Origin: Alphaproteobacteria bacterium
Lineage (GTDB): Bacteria > Pseudomonadota > Alphaproteobacteria > MPNO01
Reading direction: 5' to 3'
Assembly (NCBI GenBank): GCA_964291675.2
Contig: OZ219866.1
Span: 1,856,001 to 1,920,000, forward strand
DNA length: 64,000 nt
A program made the translations under genes and the position numbers. Shown one piece after another: positions 11,909 to 22,321 of this stretch; position 1 is the stretch's first letter; every line of letters starts with the position of its first letter. The notes beneath the pieces are model-generated. The model was not told where the DNA came from, did not search any database, and saw nothing but the letters and a program-made list of their open reading frames with translations.

Positions 11909-14203
11909 ATGAAACCGCAAGCGCCCGCGGTCAGGGATCTGGTGCTGGTCGGCGGCGGCCACAGCCATGTCGCCGTGCTCAAGGCGTTCGTCATGAAGCC
12001 GCTGCCGGGCGCGAGGATCACGCTGATCGCCCGCGACGTGCACACCCCCTATTCGGGCATGCTGCCGGGCCACATCGCCGGGCATTACAGCCTGGATGCG
12101 TGCCATATCGACCTGCGCCCGCTCGCCAACCTGGCCGGCGCCCGCATCTACCACGCGGCGGCCACCGGCATCGACCTCGACGCCCGGCGGGTGCTCTGCG
12201 CCGCCCGCCCGCCGGTCCCCTATGACGCGGTCTCGATCGATATCGGCTCGGCGCCGCCGGCCCGCGACGTGCCGGGCGCGGCGGAGCACGCGGTGCCGGT
12301 CAAGCCGATCGGCCGCTTCGTCGCGCATTGGCAGGCGCTCGCCGAGCGGGCGCGGGGCCGGGCGGGCAAGACGCGCATCGCCGTCGTCGGCGGCGGCGCC
12401 GGCGGGGTCGAGCTCGCGCTCTCGGTGCAGCACCGGCTGTCGCGGGGCGACGCGGGCGGCGATATCGCGATGACCGTGGTCGATGCCGCCGCCACCCTGC
12501 TGCCCGCCCACAACGCCGCCACGCGGCGCCGATTCGCCCGCATCCTCGCCGAGCGCGGGATCGCCACGATGCTCGGCCGCGCCGCGGTTCGGGTCGAGCC
12601 CGGCAGGCTGACGCTCGACGGCGGCGAGGCGGTCGAGGCCGACGAGATTCTCTGGGTGACCGGCGCGGCGGCCGCGCGCTGGCCGGCGGAGGCGGGGCTC
12701 GACGTGGACGCGGGCGGCTTCATCCGGGTCGACGACTGCCTGCGCTCAACCTCGCACCCGGACGTGTTCGCCTGCGGCGACGTGGCCGCGGTGGTCGGCC
12801 ACGACCGGCCCAAGGCCGGGGTGTTCGCGGTCCGCCAGGGCCCGCCCTTGGCGGAGAATCTGCGCCGCGCGCTGACCGGGCGGCCGCTCCGCCGCTGGCG
12901 GCCGCAGCGCGCCTGGCTGAGCCTGATCTCGACCGGCGATGCCTACGCCGTCGCCTCGCGCGGCCGGCTCGCGGTGTCGGGGCGCTGGGTGTGGCGGGCC
13001 AAGGACTGGATCGACCGGCGCTGGATGCGCAAATACACCGACCTGCCCGAGATGACGCCCGAACCCGCGCCCGCGCCGGCGCCCGGGCTGCCGCAGCTCC
13101 CCGACCTCGACATGCGCTGCGGCGGATGCGGCGCCAAGGTGGGCCCGGACGTGCTTGCCGGGATCGTCGCCGGGCTCCGGCCGCGGCCCCGCGACGACGT
13201 GCTGATCGGCCTCGACGACCCCGACGACGCGGCGGTGATCGCCGTGCCCGCCGGCACGTCGCTGGTCCAGACGGTGGACCATTTCCGCTCCTTCGTCGAC
13301 GACCCCTATCTGTTCGGCCGCATCGCCGCCAACCACGCGCTCGGCGACATCTATGCGATGGGGGCGGAGCCCAGGACGGCGCTCGCCATCGTCACCGTCG
13401 CCTACGGGCCGGAGCGAAAGATCGCCGCCGAGATCGCCGACATGATGCAGGGGGTGACCGAGGTGCTCGCCGATGCCGGCGCCGCGCTGGTGGGCGGCCA
13501 TACCGGCGAGGGGGCGGAGCGCGCGCTCGGCCTCGCGGTGAGCGGGGCGGTCGATCCCGGACGCGTGCTGCGCAAGGCGGGGATGCGTCCCGGCGACCGG
13601 CTGATCCTCACCAAGCCGCTCGGCACCGGCACGCTGCTCGCCGCCGACATGCGCTGCCGGGCGCGGGGGCGATGGATCGACCGGGCGATCGCCTCGATGC
13701 TGCAATCCAACCGCGCGGCGGCGGAGATCCTCGCCCGCCACGGCGCGCGCGCCGCGACCGACGTGACCGGTTTCGGCCTCGCCGGCCATCTGGTCGAGAT
13801 GGTCCGCGCGTCTTCGGTCGGCGTCGTGCTTGCCGCCGCCGACCTGCCGGTGCTCGACGGCGCGCCGGAGAGCCTCGCCGCCGGGTTCGAGAGCTCGTTG
13901 CAGCGCCAGAACGCGCGCCAGGCGCGGGCGATCCAGGGCGGCGGAGCGGATGCGCTCTACCCGATCCTGTTCGACCCGCAGACCTCGGGCGGGCTGCTCG
14001 CGAGCCTGCCGGGCGAACGGGCGGCGGACTGCCTGGCGGCGCTGCGCGATGCCGGCTGCGCGGGCGCCGCGATAGTCGGCGCGGTCGAGCCCCGGGGCGA
14101 CGCCGCGGCGCCGATCCGGGTCCATCCGGGTTCGCTGTCGGAGATCGCCGAGCCCTCCGGTCCGGTTCGGCCCGCCGCGCTGTCCCCCGCCGCCAGCGCG
14201 TAG
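11909..14203 (+). CDS. selD: Selenide, water dikinase fused to an N-terminal pyridine nucleotide-disulfide oxidoreductase domain
   Basis: N-terminal [10 protein letters not shown] and GGGAGGVE flavoprotein motifs; C-terminal [41 protein letters not shown]. Confidence 0.9.
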   Translation: MKPQAPAVRDLVLVGGGHSHVAVLKAFVMKPLPGARITLIARDVHTPYSGMLPGHIAGHYSLDACHIDLRPLANLAGARIYHAAATGIDLDARRVLCAARPPVPYDAVSIDIGSAPPARDVPGAAEHAVPVKPIGRFVAHWQALAERARGRAGKTRIAVVGGGAGGVELALSVQHRLSRGDAGGDIAMTVVDAAATLLPAHNAATRRRFARILAERGIATMLGRAAVRVEPGRLTLDGGEAVEADEILWVTGAAAARWPAEAGLDVDAGGFIRVDDCLRSTSHPDVFACGDVAAVVGHDRPKAGVFAVRQGPPLAENLRRALTGRPLRRWRPQRAWLSLISTGDAYAVASRGRLAVSGRWVWRAKDWIDRRWMRKYTDLPEMTPEPAPAPAPGLPQLPDLDMRCGGCGAKVGPDVLAGIVAGLRPRPRDDVLIGLDDPDDAAVIAVPAGTSLVQTVDHFRSFVDDPYLFGRIAANHALGDIYAMGAEPRTALAIVTVAYGPERKIAAEIADMMQGVTEVLADAGAALVGGHTGEGAERALGLAVSGAVDPGRVLRKAGMRPGDRLILTKPLGTGTLLAADMRCRARGRWIDRAIASMLQSNRAAAEILARHGARAATDVTGFGLAGHLVEMVRASSVGVVLAAADLPVLDGAPESLAAGFESSLQRQNARQARAIQGGGADALYPILFDPQTSGGLLASLPGERAADCLAALRDAGCAGAAIVGAVEPRGDAAAPIRVHPGSLSEIAEPSGPVRPAALSPAASA

Positions 14204-14270
14204 ACGAGCCGGCGATCGCCCGGTTGCGCCTCTGCGGGGCGTGCGGGACACTTGGGCAGGGAGGATCGAG

Positions 14271-15074
14271 ATGGCAGAACCCAGGACGGCCGGCCCGGGG
14301 CCGGGCTATGCGAAGAACCCGGAGCACCATGTCCGCATCGAGCCCAGCCCGCGCCGCGTGCGCGCGGTCGTCGGCGGCGAGACGGTGGCGGATTCGACGC
14401 GGATGCGGCTGCTGCACGAGGCGCGGCATCTGCCGGTCTACTACTTCCCGCTGGAGGACATCCGCTTCGACCTGATGGCGAGGACGGGCACCAGCACCCA
14501 TTGCCCGTACAAGGGCGACGCCTCCTACTGGTCGCTCGCCGTCGGCGACCGCACGGTCGACGACATCGTGTGGTGCTACGAGACGCCGTTCGACGAGGTG
14601 CCCGAGCTCGCCGGGCTCGCCGCCTTCTACTGGGGCAAGGTCGACCGCTGGTACGAGGAGGACGAGGAGATCTTCGTCCACGCGCGGGACCCCTACAAGC
14701 GGGTCGACGCCATCCCGTCCTCGCGCGAGGTCCGCGTGGTGCTCGGCGGCGAGGAGGTGGCGCGGACGAGGCGCGCCCATTTCCTGTTCGAGACCAACCT
14801 GCCGGTGCGCTACTACATCCCGCGCGAGGACGTGCGCAGCGAGCTGCTGCAGCCCACGGCGAGCGCCACGCGCTGCCCCTATAAGGGCGAGGCGGTCTAT
14901 TGGCGAGCCGAGATCGGCGGGCGGGTCTTCGAGGACATCGTCTGGAGCTACCCCGACCCCATCCCGGAGTGCCCGAAGATCCGCGGCCTGATGTGCTTCT
15001 ACAACGAGAACGTCGACGCCATCCTGGTCGACGGCGAGGCGACCGAGAAGCCGACGACCAAGTGGTCGAGATAG
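14271..15074 (+). CDS. Tandem DUF427 domain protein
   Basis: Two repeats of ..VYYFP.EDIR..T.CPYKG.A.YW..DIVW.Y. Confidence 0.88.
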   Translation: MAEPRTAGPGPGYAKNPEHHVRIEPSPRRVRAVVGGETVADSTRMRLLHEARHLPVYYFPLEDIRFDLMARTGTSTHCPYKGDASYWSLAVGDRTVDDIVWCYETPFDEVPELAGLAAFYWGKVDRWYEEDEEIFVHARDPYKRVDAIPSSREVRVVLGGEEVARTRRAHFLFETNLPVRYYIPREDVRSELLQPTASATRCPYKGEAVYWRAEIGGRVFEDIVWSYPDPIPECPKIRGLMCFYNENVDAILVDGEATEKPTTKWSR

Positions 15075-15268
15075 CCCTTCGATTCGCGGCTTCGCCTCTA
15101 CGCCGCAAGCGGCGCCCCGATGCATCAGACCTTCCAATGCATCGCGCAACAAAACGGTATTTCAACCGATGAGAGGAAATGCCCACGTCTGGACTGCCCA
15201 TGACGGAGTCGGTCGTCCCGCAGGGGCGCCGGGTCCCGGGGACGGAAACCCGAAGATGGGAGAAGACG

Positions 15269-15424
15269 ATGGTCTACCGAAGGAAAGCCGCAACCCGCAG
15301 GGCGCGCCAGGCCGGGATCGTGTTCGTCGGGTTCTTCATCGCCGTCACCGCCATCGCGGTCGCGGCGGTCGTCGGCGGCTCCGAACCGGCCTATGCCTGC
15401 TTCCCGTACGTCGCCTGCTGGTAG
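15269..15424 (+). CDS. Small secreted or membrane peptide (51 aa, signal peptide plus CFPYVACW)
   Basis: GGAGAAG RBS before ATG; basic n-region, 20-aa hydrophobic h-region, PAYA c-region; GC3-rich codons. Confidence 0.55.
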   Translation: MVYRRKAATRRARQAGIVFVGFFIAVTAIAVAAVVGGSEPAYACFPYVACW

Positions 15425-15478
15425 GCCTCGCCCGCAGCCCCTCCACGCGCCGCCGGGCTTGCCGCAGCTTCGCCAGTC

Positions 15479-16336
15479 CTATTCGACCGGCGGCGCCTCG
15501 CCGGCGATCTGGCAGCGGCGCAGCAGCCGGCGCTCGTCGGGCGGGAAATCGGTGCGCGCGTGGGACGAGCACAAATTGTCCCAGACCAGCAGATCGCCCG
15601 GCGTCCACGCATGCTCGTAGACGAAATCCTCGCGCTCGGCGATGTCGAACATCTCGCCCAGGATCGCGTCGCTCTCGTCCTCGGCCAGGCCGTCGATCCG
15701 CATGGTCATCAGCCGGTCGACATAGAGCGCGCGCCGCCCGCTCGCCGGGTGGGTGATCGAGACCGGGTGGGTCCAGCCGTCGACCGTGGCGGCGCGCTCC
15801 CCCTTGCCCTCGCGGCTGTTGTAGACGACGTAGTCGTAGACGTGATGGGCGGTGCGCCCCCGGACGCGTTCGCGGATGCGCTCGGGCAGCGCGTCCCAGG
15901 CGAGGTAGTGGTTGGCGAAGCGGGTGTTGCCGCCCCGGCCCGGCACCTCGATGGCATACAGCATGGTGCCGAGATTGGGCACCTGCTTGAAGATCGTGTC
16001 GTGGTGGAAATACATCTCGCCGTCGGGCAGCGAGCCGATCGGCTTGCCGTCGACGCGGATGTTGGAGATCAGCATCATCGCGTCGTCGACCGTCGCCGCG
16101 TCCTCGGGGCGCTCCCCCCTGGGCCTGGGCCGCTTGCCGATCGCGCCGAACGCTTCGGCGAAGCGGAGCTGCTGCTCCTGGCTGAGACCCGGCGCGCGGA
16201 ACAGCAGCACGATGTGGTCGCGCCAGGCCGCGCGCAGCGCCTCGGCCGTCGCCGCGTCGACCGGCGCGGTCACGTCGAGCCCGACGATCTCCGCGCCGAG
16301 CGCATCCGAGAGCTTCCTGATCCCGAAATCCGCCAC
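15479..16336 (-). CDS. TauD/TfdA family Fe(II)/2-oxoglutarate dioxygenase
   Basis: LGAEIVGLD, FHHDT (HxD), GGNTRFAN, WTPGDLLVWDNLCSSHAR. Confidence 0.92.
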   Translation of the reverse strand: MADFGIRKLSDALGAEIVGLDVTAPVDAATAEALRAAWRDHIVLLFRAPGLSQEQQLRFAEAFGAIGKRPRPRGERPEDAATVDDAMMLISNIRVDGKPIGSLPDGEMYFHHDTIFKQVPNLGTMLYAIEVPGRGGNTRFANHYLAWDALPERIRERVRGRTAHHVYDYVVYNSREGKGERAATVDGWTHPVSITHPASGRRALYVDRLMTMRIDGLAEDESDAILGEMFDIAEREDFVYEHAWTPGDLLVWDNLCSSHARTDFPPDERRLLRRCQIAGEAPPVE

Positions 16337-16391
16337 GCCGTCCTCCGTCGGCGGCGATGATGGCGCGGGCTTCGCGGCGAAGCAACCGCGC

Positions 16392-17288
16392 TCACTCGCG
16401 CACCGGCGCGCGCCTCGCCTCCAGCCCCGCCATGGTGACGATGCCGGCGAGGATGACCGCGCCGCCGACCCAGACCCAGAGATCGGGAAATTCGCCGAAC
16501 ACCGCCAGCCCGATGGCTGCGGCGAAGATCAGCCGGGTGAACTCGAAGGGCAGCACCACCGTCGCGTCCGCCGCCTGGTAGGCGCGGGCGAGCGCGCGCT
16601 GGGTCAGCGTGCCGGCGCAGCCCATGGCGACCAGCACGCCGATCGCTTCCCAGCTCGGCGTCGTCCAGACGAACAGGGCGGGCACCAGCGAGGCCGGGAC
16701 GAAGATGACCATCTGCCATGTCGCCATCGCATCCGGGCGTTCGGTGCGGGCGAGCGACTTCATGACGATCGCCACCGCGGCCATCGCGAACACGCCGATG
16801 AAGGCGAGCAGCGCGCCGGTCGACATCTGCACCATCCCGGGCCGGAGGATGATCAGCGCGCCGACGAAGCCGAGGATCGCCGCCGACCAGCGCCTGCCAT
16901 GCGAGGCCTCGTGCAGGATCAGGATCGCCGCGGCGGAGGCGAAGATCGGCCGCGTGGTCATGATCGCCGCGATGCTGCCGAGCGAGTCCAGCGTGATCGC
17001 GGTGAAGATCAGATAGGCGGCGATCAGGCCGAAGAAGGCGCGCGCGAAATGCATCCCGAAGCGCTGGGTATGGAGCCCCTTGATGCCCGAGCGGTAGAGC
17101 CAGGGCAGCAGGAAGACCATGCCGAACAGGCTGCGCAGGAAGACGATCTCGAAGGCGTGGATCTCGTCCGAGACGTAGCGGATCAGCACCGCCATGACCG
17201 CCCAGGAGGCGGTCGAGCCCATCATCCACAGGGCGCCGCGGATCGGCGCCGGGATCGCGGCCAGCCGCCCGGCGAGGTCAGCCGGCAT
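16392..17288 (-). CDS. DMT/EamA family transporter
   Basis: About 10 hydrophobic segments, EIVFLRSLFG, GFVGALIILRPG, PFEFTRLIFA...FGEFPD. Confidence 0.9.
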   Translation of the reverse strand: MPADLAGRLAAIPAPIRGALWMMGSTASWAVMAVLIRYVSDEIHAFEIVFLRSLFGMVFLLPWLYRSGIKGLHTQRFGMHFARAFFGLIAAYLIFTAITLDSLGSIAAIMTTRPIFASAAAILILHEASHGRRWSAAILGFVGALIILRPGMVQMSTGALLAFIGVFAMAAVAIVMKSLARTERPDAMATWQMVIFVPASLVPALFVWTTPSWEAIGVLVAMGCAGTLTQRALARAYQAADATVVLPFEFTRLIFAAAIGLAVFGEFPDLWVWVGGAVILAGIVTMAGLEARRAPVRE

Positions 17289-17333
17289 CGGCGGGCAGGC
17301 GCTCGCCCGGGCCGGCCCCGCCCCCGTCCCGCA

Positions 17334-18005
17334 TCAGCGCGAGCCCGCGATCGCCAGGGCGACGCTGATATGCGCGAGCGGGCGCCCGCTCTCGGCGGCC
17401 CAGCCGTTGAACGCCTGCTGCACCGCCGCGCGGGCGCGCTTGCCGTTCGGCGTTCCCTCGCAGGCGCCGGCGGCGTTGAGCCCGCGCACCACGTCCGGCG
17501 TCAGGATGAAGCTGTCCTTGCCCGCCATGCGCAGGAAGCGCGGCGCCGAGCTTCCGCCCATCTGGGAGAAGCGCCGGGCGAGGTCGGCCCAGAGCCCGAC
17601 GATATCCGTCCCCGGCCAGTCCGCGAGGTACTCGCCGAAGCAGCCATGATCTTCGGCGACGCCCAGCATCGCCGCCGCGTTGTCGCGCGTCGCCCTGATC
17701 TTGCCCCAGTGGCGGACGATCCGTTCGTCCTTGACCAGGGCTTCGAGGTCCTCGTCGCTCATCGCCCGGACGGCATGCGCATCGAAGCCGCGAAACACCT
17801 CCTCGAAGGCGGGCCAGCGGTCGTCCACGACGCTGTGCCTGATGCCGGCGCGGAACACGCGGCGCGTCATCAGCGAGAGGTAGCGGTCGTCGGCGATCCG
17901 CCGCAGCGCCTCGGGCGGCGAGATGTCGGGCATGCGCTCGGCCAGCCGTTCCGCCCCGCCCGCGCGCGCCTCGGCTTGCGCCAGGATGTCGGCGAACGGC
18001 GTCAT
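17334..18005 (-). CDS. DNA-3-methyladenine glycosylase I family protein
   Basis: DDRYLSLMTRRVFRAG...WPAFEEVFRGFD...IVRHWGKIRATRDNA. Confidence 0.8.
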   Translation of the reverse strand: MTPFADILAQAEARAGGAERLAERMPDISPPEALRRIADDRYLSLMTRRVFRAGIRHSVVDDRWPAFEEVFRGFDAHAVRAMSDEDLEALVKDERIVRHWGKIRATRDNAAAMLGVAEDHGCFGEYLADWPGTDIVGLWADLARRFSQMGGSSAPRFLRMAGKDSFILTPDVVRGLNAAGACEGTPNGKRARAAVQQAFNGWAAESGRPLAHISVALAIAGSR

Positions 18006-18856
18006 CGGCCCAGCCTGTCGGCGATCGCCAGCGTCCGGTGCATGGTGCGCAGCACCGGGCGCTCGATCAACTCGCCGTCGACCACCAGCAGCCCGGTGGT
18101 GTTCTCGCGAAACGCGGCGACGATGCGCCGCGCGCGCTCGACCGCCGCCGGCGAGGGCGAGAAGACGTCGTTGATCGCCGGGATCTGGTCGGGGTGGATC
18201 GCCGCCTTGCCGGTGAAGCCGAGCGCGGCGGCGGCGCGGGCTTCCCGGGCGAGCCCGTCGGCATCGGCGAGGTTGAGCCAGGGCACGTCCAACAGGTCGA
18301 GCCCGTTGCGCGCGGCCGCGTGCACGACCGCCGAGCGGGCGTAGAGCAGGGCCTCCCAGCTCTGCGCGGCGCGCAGGTCGGCCGACATGTCGACCGCGCC
18401 GAAGAGCAGCGAGTCGACGCGCCCCGAGGCGCGCGCGATCTCCTGCACGTTGGCGAGCCCGTCGGTCGATTCGATTATCACGTGGTAGCGGATGCCGGCG
18501 CAGCCGCCGTCGAGCAGCGAGTCGTAGAGCGCGATCTCCGCCGCCGAACCCACCTTGGCCAGCATCAGCGCGGGCGGCGGGGCGGCGCAGGCGCGGAGCG
18601 CGAGGATGTCGCGCAGCCCTTCCTCGGTCGACAGCGGGTTGACGCGCAGCATGCGCTCGACCTCGCCGCCTGGGTCTGTGGCGAACAGCGGCAGGGCGAG
18701 CCCGCGCGCCTCCTCCTTGCGCGGCAGCGCCACCGCGTCCTCGATGTCGACGCAGACGATGTCGGCGCCCGCCCCAAGCGCCTTCTCGAACCGGTCGGGC
18801 CGCAGCCCCGGCACGAACAGCAGGCTGCGGCGCGGCCTGATCTCGCTCTCGCTCAC
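18002..18856 (-). CDS. CoA ester lyase (CitE / citramalyl-CoA lyase-like, HpcH/HpaI family)
   Basis: RRSLLFVPG, CVDIEDAV, IIESTDGL, FGAVDMSADL, GFTGKAAIHPDQI. Confidence 0.88.
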   Translation of the reverse strand: MSESEIRPRRSLLFVPGLRPDRFEKALGAGADIVCVDIEDAVALPRKEEARGLALPLFATDPGGEVERMLRVNPLSTEEGLRDILALRACAAPPPALMLAKVGSAAEIALYDSLLDGGCAGIRYHVIIESTDGLANVQEIARASGRVDSLLFGAVDMSADLRAAQSWEALLYARSAVVHAAARNGLDLLDVPWLNLADADGLAREARAAAALGFTGKAAIHPDQIPAINDVFSPSPAAVERARRIVAAFRENTTGLLVVDGELIERPVLRTMHRTLAIADRLGR

Positions 18857-18964
18857 CCGAAACTCCCTCGCTGGGCGGCGGCAAGATCGCACCCGCCCCG
18901 GGCGCTGGCAAGCGGGCGGCCCGGGTGCGATGATCGCGGCACCGCAACCGTCTCGGAGGGCGCG

Positions 18965-19444
18965 ATGTTCTCGGTCGAGCGCAGCGTTCCGGTCAATGCC
19001 GGCCTCGCCCCGGGCGAGCCCAGGCTCACCCGCCATCACATCTGGCTCGGGCTGGTGCTCAAGGCGGAGGACGCGGTGCCCTTCGTGCCGGCGATGAGCT
19101 GGTGCAAGGTCACCGGGCGGTTCGACAACGGCCTGTTCCGCGACATCGTGTTCCACGGCGAGGCGATGACCGAGAAGATCCTGTTCCACCCGGAGGAGAA
19201 GGTCGAGTTCATCCGCACCGCCGGGATCGAGATGGGCACCATCGTCAACGAGATCCTGGAGGACGAGACGGGCGAGCTCTGCTTGCGCTTCGCCTTCACC
19301 CTGGAACGCGAGGACCTGCCGCACGGCAGCCCGCAAGAGCGCGACTTCGCCGACGGCATGGCGAAGGGCTACCTGATCGCGGTCCAGGCGACGGTCGACG
19401 AGATCAGGAAGCGGGTGAAGGACGGGGTCATCGCGGCCGGGTAG
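18965..19444 (+). CDS. AtaL-like / DUF1857 SRPBCC family protein
   Basis: PVN...LTRHHIWLGLVLKAEDAVPFVPAMSWC...GTIVNEILEDETGELCLRFAF. Confidence 0.75.
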   Translation: MFSVERSVPVNAGLAPGEPRLTRHHIWLGLVLKAEDAVPFVPAMSWCKVTGRFDNGLFRDIVFHGEAMTEKILFHPEEKVEFIRTAGIEMGTIVNEILEDETGELCLRFAFTLEREDLPHGSPQERDFADGMAKGYLIAVQATVDEIRKRVKDGVIAAG

Positions 19445-19458
19445 CGCGTCCTTCGATA

Positions 19459-19852
19459 GGGGCTTATCCAGATTACTTGACGAGCTGTCGGCTGGCGCCG
19501 ACCGGCGAGGGGACCGCCGCCGGTCATGGTCGACGTCCTACCTGCCCCCATGTCGTCATGCCCGGACTTGATCCGGGCATCCATGGGCGGTGCATGGAGA
19601 GCCGGGTGCGGCCCGCCCCATCGGCATCCCTCCAGCCGGATCGCCGTGCGTACGGAGATGCCGCATGGATGGCCGGATCAAGTCCGGCCATGACGGGGTG
19701 GTGGCGGTGGAGGAGCAGGGAGAGCCGGGTGCGGCCCGCGTCGAAAGGCGAGACCGGACAGCAGAGGAACACGCCCGGACTTGATCCGGGGGCCGGGTAT
19801 GACGGACGAAAGGTCGCGGCCCCCCGCTCGTCAAGTAATCTGGATAAGCCCC
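19459..19852. mobile_element. MITE-like element copy A (27-bp perfect TIR, 8-bp TSD CTTCGATA)
   Basis: GGGGCTTATCCAGATTACTTGACGAGC at 19459-19485 and its reverse complement at 19826-19852; CTTCGATA at 19451-19458 and 19853-19860; interior contains GTCATGCCCGGACTTGATCCGGGCA palindromes. Confidence 0.85.
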
Positions 19853-19921
19853 CTTCGATACGCCCGCCTCCGGCGGGCTACTCAGGATGAGGATGGGGGT
19901 GGGCCACCCAAGACGTTTCCC

Positions 19922-20317
19922 TCACCCGAAGATGTCGTAGAGCACCAGCCCCCAGACCACAGCGCAGCCGAGCATGCTCACGAACACCGCGGCGCTGCCG
20001 ATGTCCTTGGCCTGCCTGGCGAGCGCGTGGTCGTCGAAGGAGATGCGATCGACCGTCGCTTCGATCGCCGAGTTCAGCAGCTCGACCACGAGCACGAGCA
20101 GCACCGAGCCGATGAGCAGCGCGAGCTGGACCGGGGTCGTCGGCAACGCCACCGCGACCGGGACCAGCACGGCGGCCAGCGCGAGCTCCTGGCGGAAGGC
20201 GGCCTCGTTGCGGAACGCGGCTTCGAGCCCGGCGCAGGAATAGAGCAGCGCGCGCCAGATCCGCACCGGCCCGGCCTTGCCCTTGCGCCGGCTCGCCCGT
20301 TCCTCCCGAGACGCCAT
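19922..20317 (-). CDS. dgkA: Diacylglycerol kinase
   Basis: YSCAGLEAAFRNEAAFRQE...ELLNSAIEATVDRI...AKDIGSAAV. Confidence 0.93.
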   Translation of the reverse strand: MASREERASRRKGKAGPVRIWRALLYSCAGLEAAFRNEAAFRQELALAAVLVPVAVALPTTPVQLALLIGSVLLVLVVELLNSAIEATVDRISFDDHALARQAKDIGSAAVFVSMLGCAVVWGLVLYDIFG

Positions 20318-20503
20318 CCCGACCTCCCGTGCCCCGTTCGGGCGCGCACCCTGGGCCGGGATTGCGTCACAAAAGTGACGGTTTCCGGTCATCCGGCTGT
20401 CGTGGCCGGCTTCCATGCTCCGCGCCGGCCGGCGCGGGGCCGGGCGTATCGGCGCGGCGGCCTGGGTCTCGACCGGCAGCGTTTCGCTCCTGCTTGCAGC
20501 GCC

Positions 20504-22201
20504 TCAACTCACGGCACGGCGGAGAAGCTGTCCGGGCATGGGATCGTCCGCGCCGAGCAGGGTCTCGTTGTCGCGGCGGAGCACGGTCCCGTTGACCACC
20601 ACGGCGCGGATGCCGGTCGGGGTCGAGATCAGCCGGTCGGCGCCGGCCGGCAGGTCATGGACCCGCTCCAGCGGCCCCGGCCCGACGGTCTCGGGATCGA
20701 ACACCACCGCGTCGCCGGCGCAGCCGGCGGCCAGCCGTCCCCGTCCGGCGAGACCGAAGATCGCCGCCGGACGCGCGCACAGATGGTCTATCGCCTGTTC
20801 GAGGGTGAGAGCGCCCTTGTCCCGCACCCAGCGCCCGAGGAGGTGGGTGGAGAAGCAGGCGTCGCAAAGCTGGCTCGCATGCGCGCCCGCGTCCGAGAGC
20901 CCGAGCACGGTGAACGGCTCGCCCAGCAGCGCGGCGATCGCGCCCTCGTTGGTGTTGGCGAGCGGGATGCGAAACCGTGCTTTTAGGCCGGAGGAGACCG
21001 CGAGGTCGAAAGCGAGGTCGAGCGGGTCGACGCCCTGCTCGGCGGCGGCCTCGGGCACAATCCGCCCCTCCAGCTCCGGCCGTTCGGCGCAGGCCGAGAC
21101 CTCGAGGGACTCCAGCGCCATGACCAGCGCCCAGGTCTGCGGCTCGACCGCCGCGCCGTCCCTGAGCTCGCGCTTGACCGCGGCGCGGAAGCCGGGATCG
21201 GCGAGAATTCGTCGCTTGCCGTCGGCGTCCGCCGCGGTGGCCGGCTTGAACGAGTCGAGCCGGTCGAACGGGAACGGCGCGGCGAACTGGAACTCCATGG
21301 TCAACGGCCGGCACGAGACCTGCGGGTAGACGGGCAGCCGGTCCGCGTGCTGAAGCGCCGCCTGCTCGCGATGCCGCTCGTGCAGCGAATCGTCGCCGAT
21401 ACGGGTCAGAAGGGCGGTCCAGGTGACGGTGCCGGCCGCCCGGGCGAGCTTCTCGAAGGCCGCGAAGTCGGGCTCGATTCCGTTGGTGATCTGCACCACG
21501 CCGCCGCCGTTCCGGCCCACGGCCTCGGCCAGCGGAATGGTCTCCGACGCCATGTCCGCGAGACGGCTGGGCACCGGCTTGCCGGCGAAGCCGACATGCA
21601 GCCGCGAGGTCGAGCTGGAGAAGCCGAGCGCGCCGGCGGCGACCGCCTCGCCGACGGTCCGGGCCATCGCCTCGACCTCGTCGGGACGCGCGGGACGCTC
21701 GGTCGAGTCGAGCCCCATCGCGTCGAGCCGCACCGCCGAATGGCCCACCATCGCGCCGACATTGATCGCCGTGCCGCGCGCCTCGATGGCGTCGAGATAC
21801 TCCGCGAAGCTCTCGAACGGCCACCCGTCGAGCCCTTCCTGGAGCGCCTCGAAGCTCATGCCTTCGACGTTCTCCAGCGTCCGCATCAGCGGAAGGCGAT
21901 GTTCCGGCTTCGCCGGCGCTACGCCGAAGCCGCAATTGCCCATGACCACGCTGGTCACGCCGTGCCACGGCGAGACGGTGAGCATGGGATCCCACATCAC
22001 CTGGGCGTCGTAGTGGGAGTGGATGTCGATGAAGCCGGGCGCGACCACGCATCCCTCGGCGTCGACGATCCGCGCAGCGGATCCCGGTACCTCGCCGACG
22101 GCCGCGACACGGCCGTCGCGGAGCGCCACGTCGCCGCGGAATCTCCCGGCGCCGCTGCCGTCGATGACCGTCCCGCCGACGATCTTGAGATCGTAGTCCA
22201 T
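20504..22201 (-). CDS. N-acyl-D-amino-acid deacylase family amidohydrolase
   Basis: APGFIDIHSHYDAQ, HGVTSVVMGNCGF, GLSDAGAH. Confidence 0.88.
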   Translation of the reverse strand: MDYDLKIVGGTVIDGSGAGRFRGDVALRDGRVAAVGEVPGSAARIVDAEGCVVAPGFIDIHSHYDAQVMWDPMLTVSPWHGVTSVVMGNCGFGVAPAKPEHRLPLMRTLENVEGMSFEALQEGLDGWPFESFAEYLDAIEARGTAINVGAMVGHSAVRLDAMGLDSTERPARPDEVEAMARTVGEAVAAGALGFSSSTSRLHVGFAGKPVPSRLADMASETIPLAEAVGRNGGGVVQITNGIEPDFAAFEKLARAAGTVTWTALLTRIGDDSLHERHREQAALQHADRLPVYPQVSCRPLTMEFQFAAPFPFDRLDSFKPATAADADGKRRILADPGFRAAVKRELRDGAAVEPQTWALVMALESLEVSACAERPELEGRIVPEAAAEQGVDPLDLAFDLAVSSGLKARFRIPLANTNEGAIAALLGEPFTVLGLSDAGAHASQLCDACFSTHLLGRWVRDKGALTLEQAIDHLCARPAAIFGLAGRGRLAAGCAGDAVVFDPETVGPGPLERVHDLPAGADRLISTPTGIRAVVVNGTVLRRDNETLLGADDPMPGQLLRRAVS

Positions 22202-22321
22202 GGCGCTTCCTCTATCCGCCGGCCGCTTCCGGCCCGTCCGACCGTGCCCGTCGCCGCCGGTCGCGTCGTTCCGTGCGCTTCGAGAATACCTCAGCCGGCG
22301 CCGGGCCGCCCCGGCGGGGCG

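Noticed and set aside
11909-14203. Selenocysteine-containing SelD with UGA read-through
   Set aside because: The active-site motif is encoded as Cys (CGGCGAK) in an uninterrupted frame
15075-15268. Riboswitch or ribozyme upstream of the small peptide
   Set aside because: Some hairpin potential and a CCGATGAG..GAAA resemblance to a hammerhead core, but the required stems could not be built by eye; an Rfam/Infernal search would settle it
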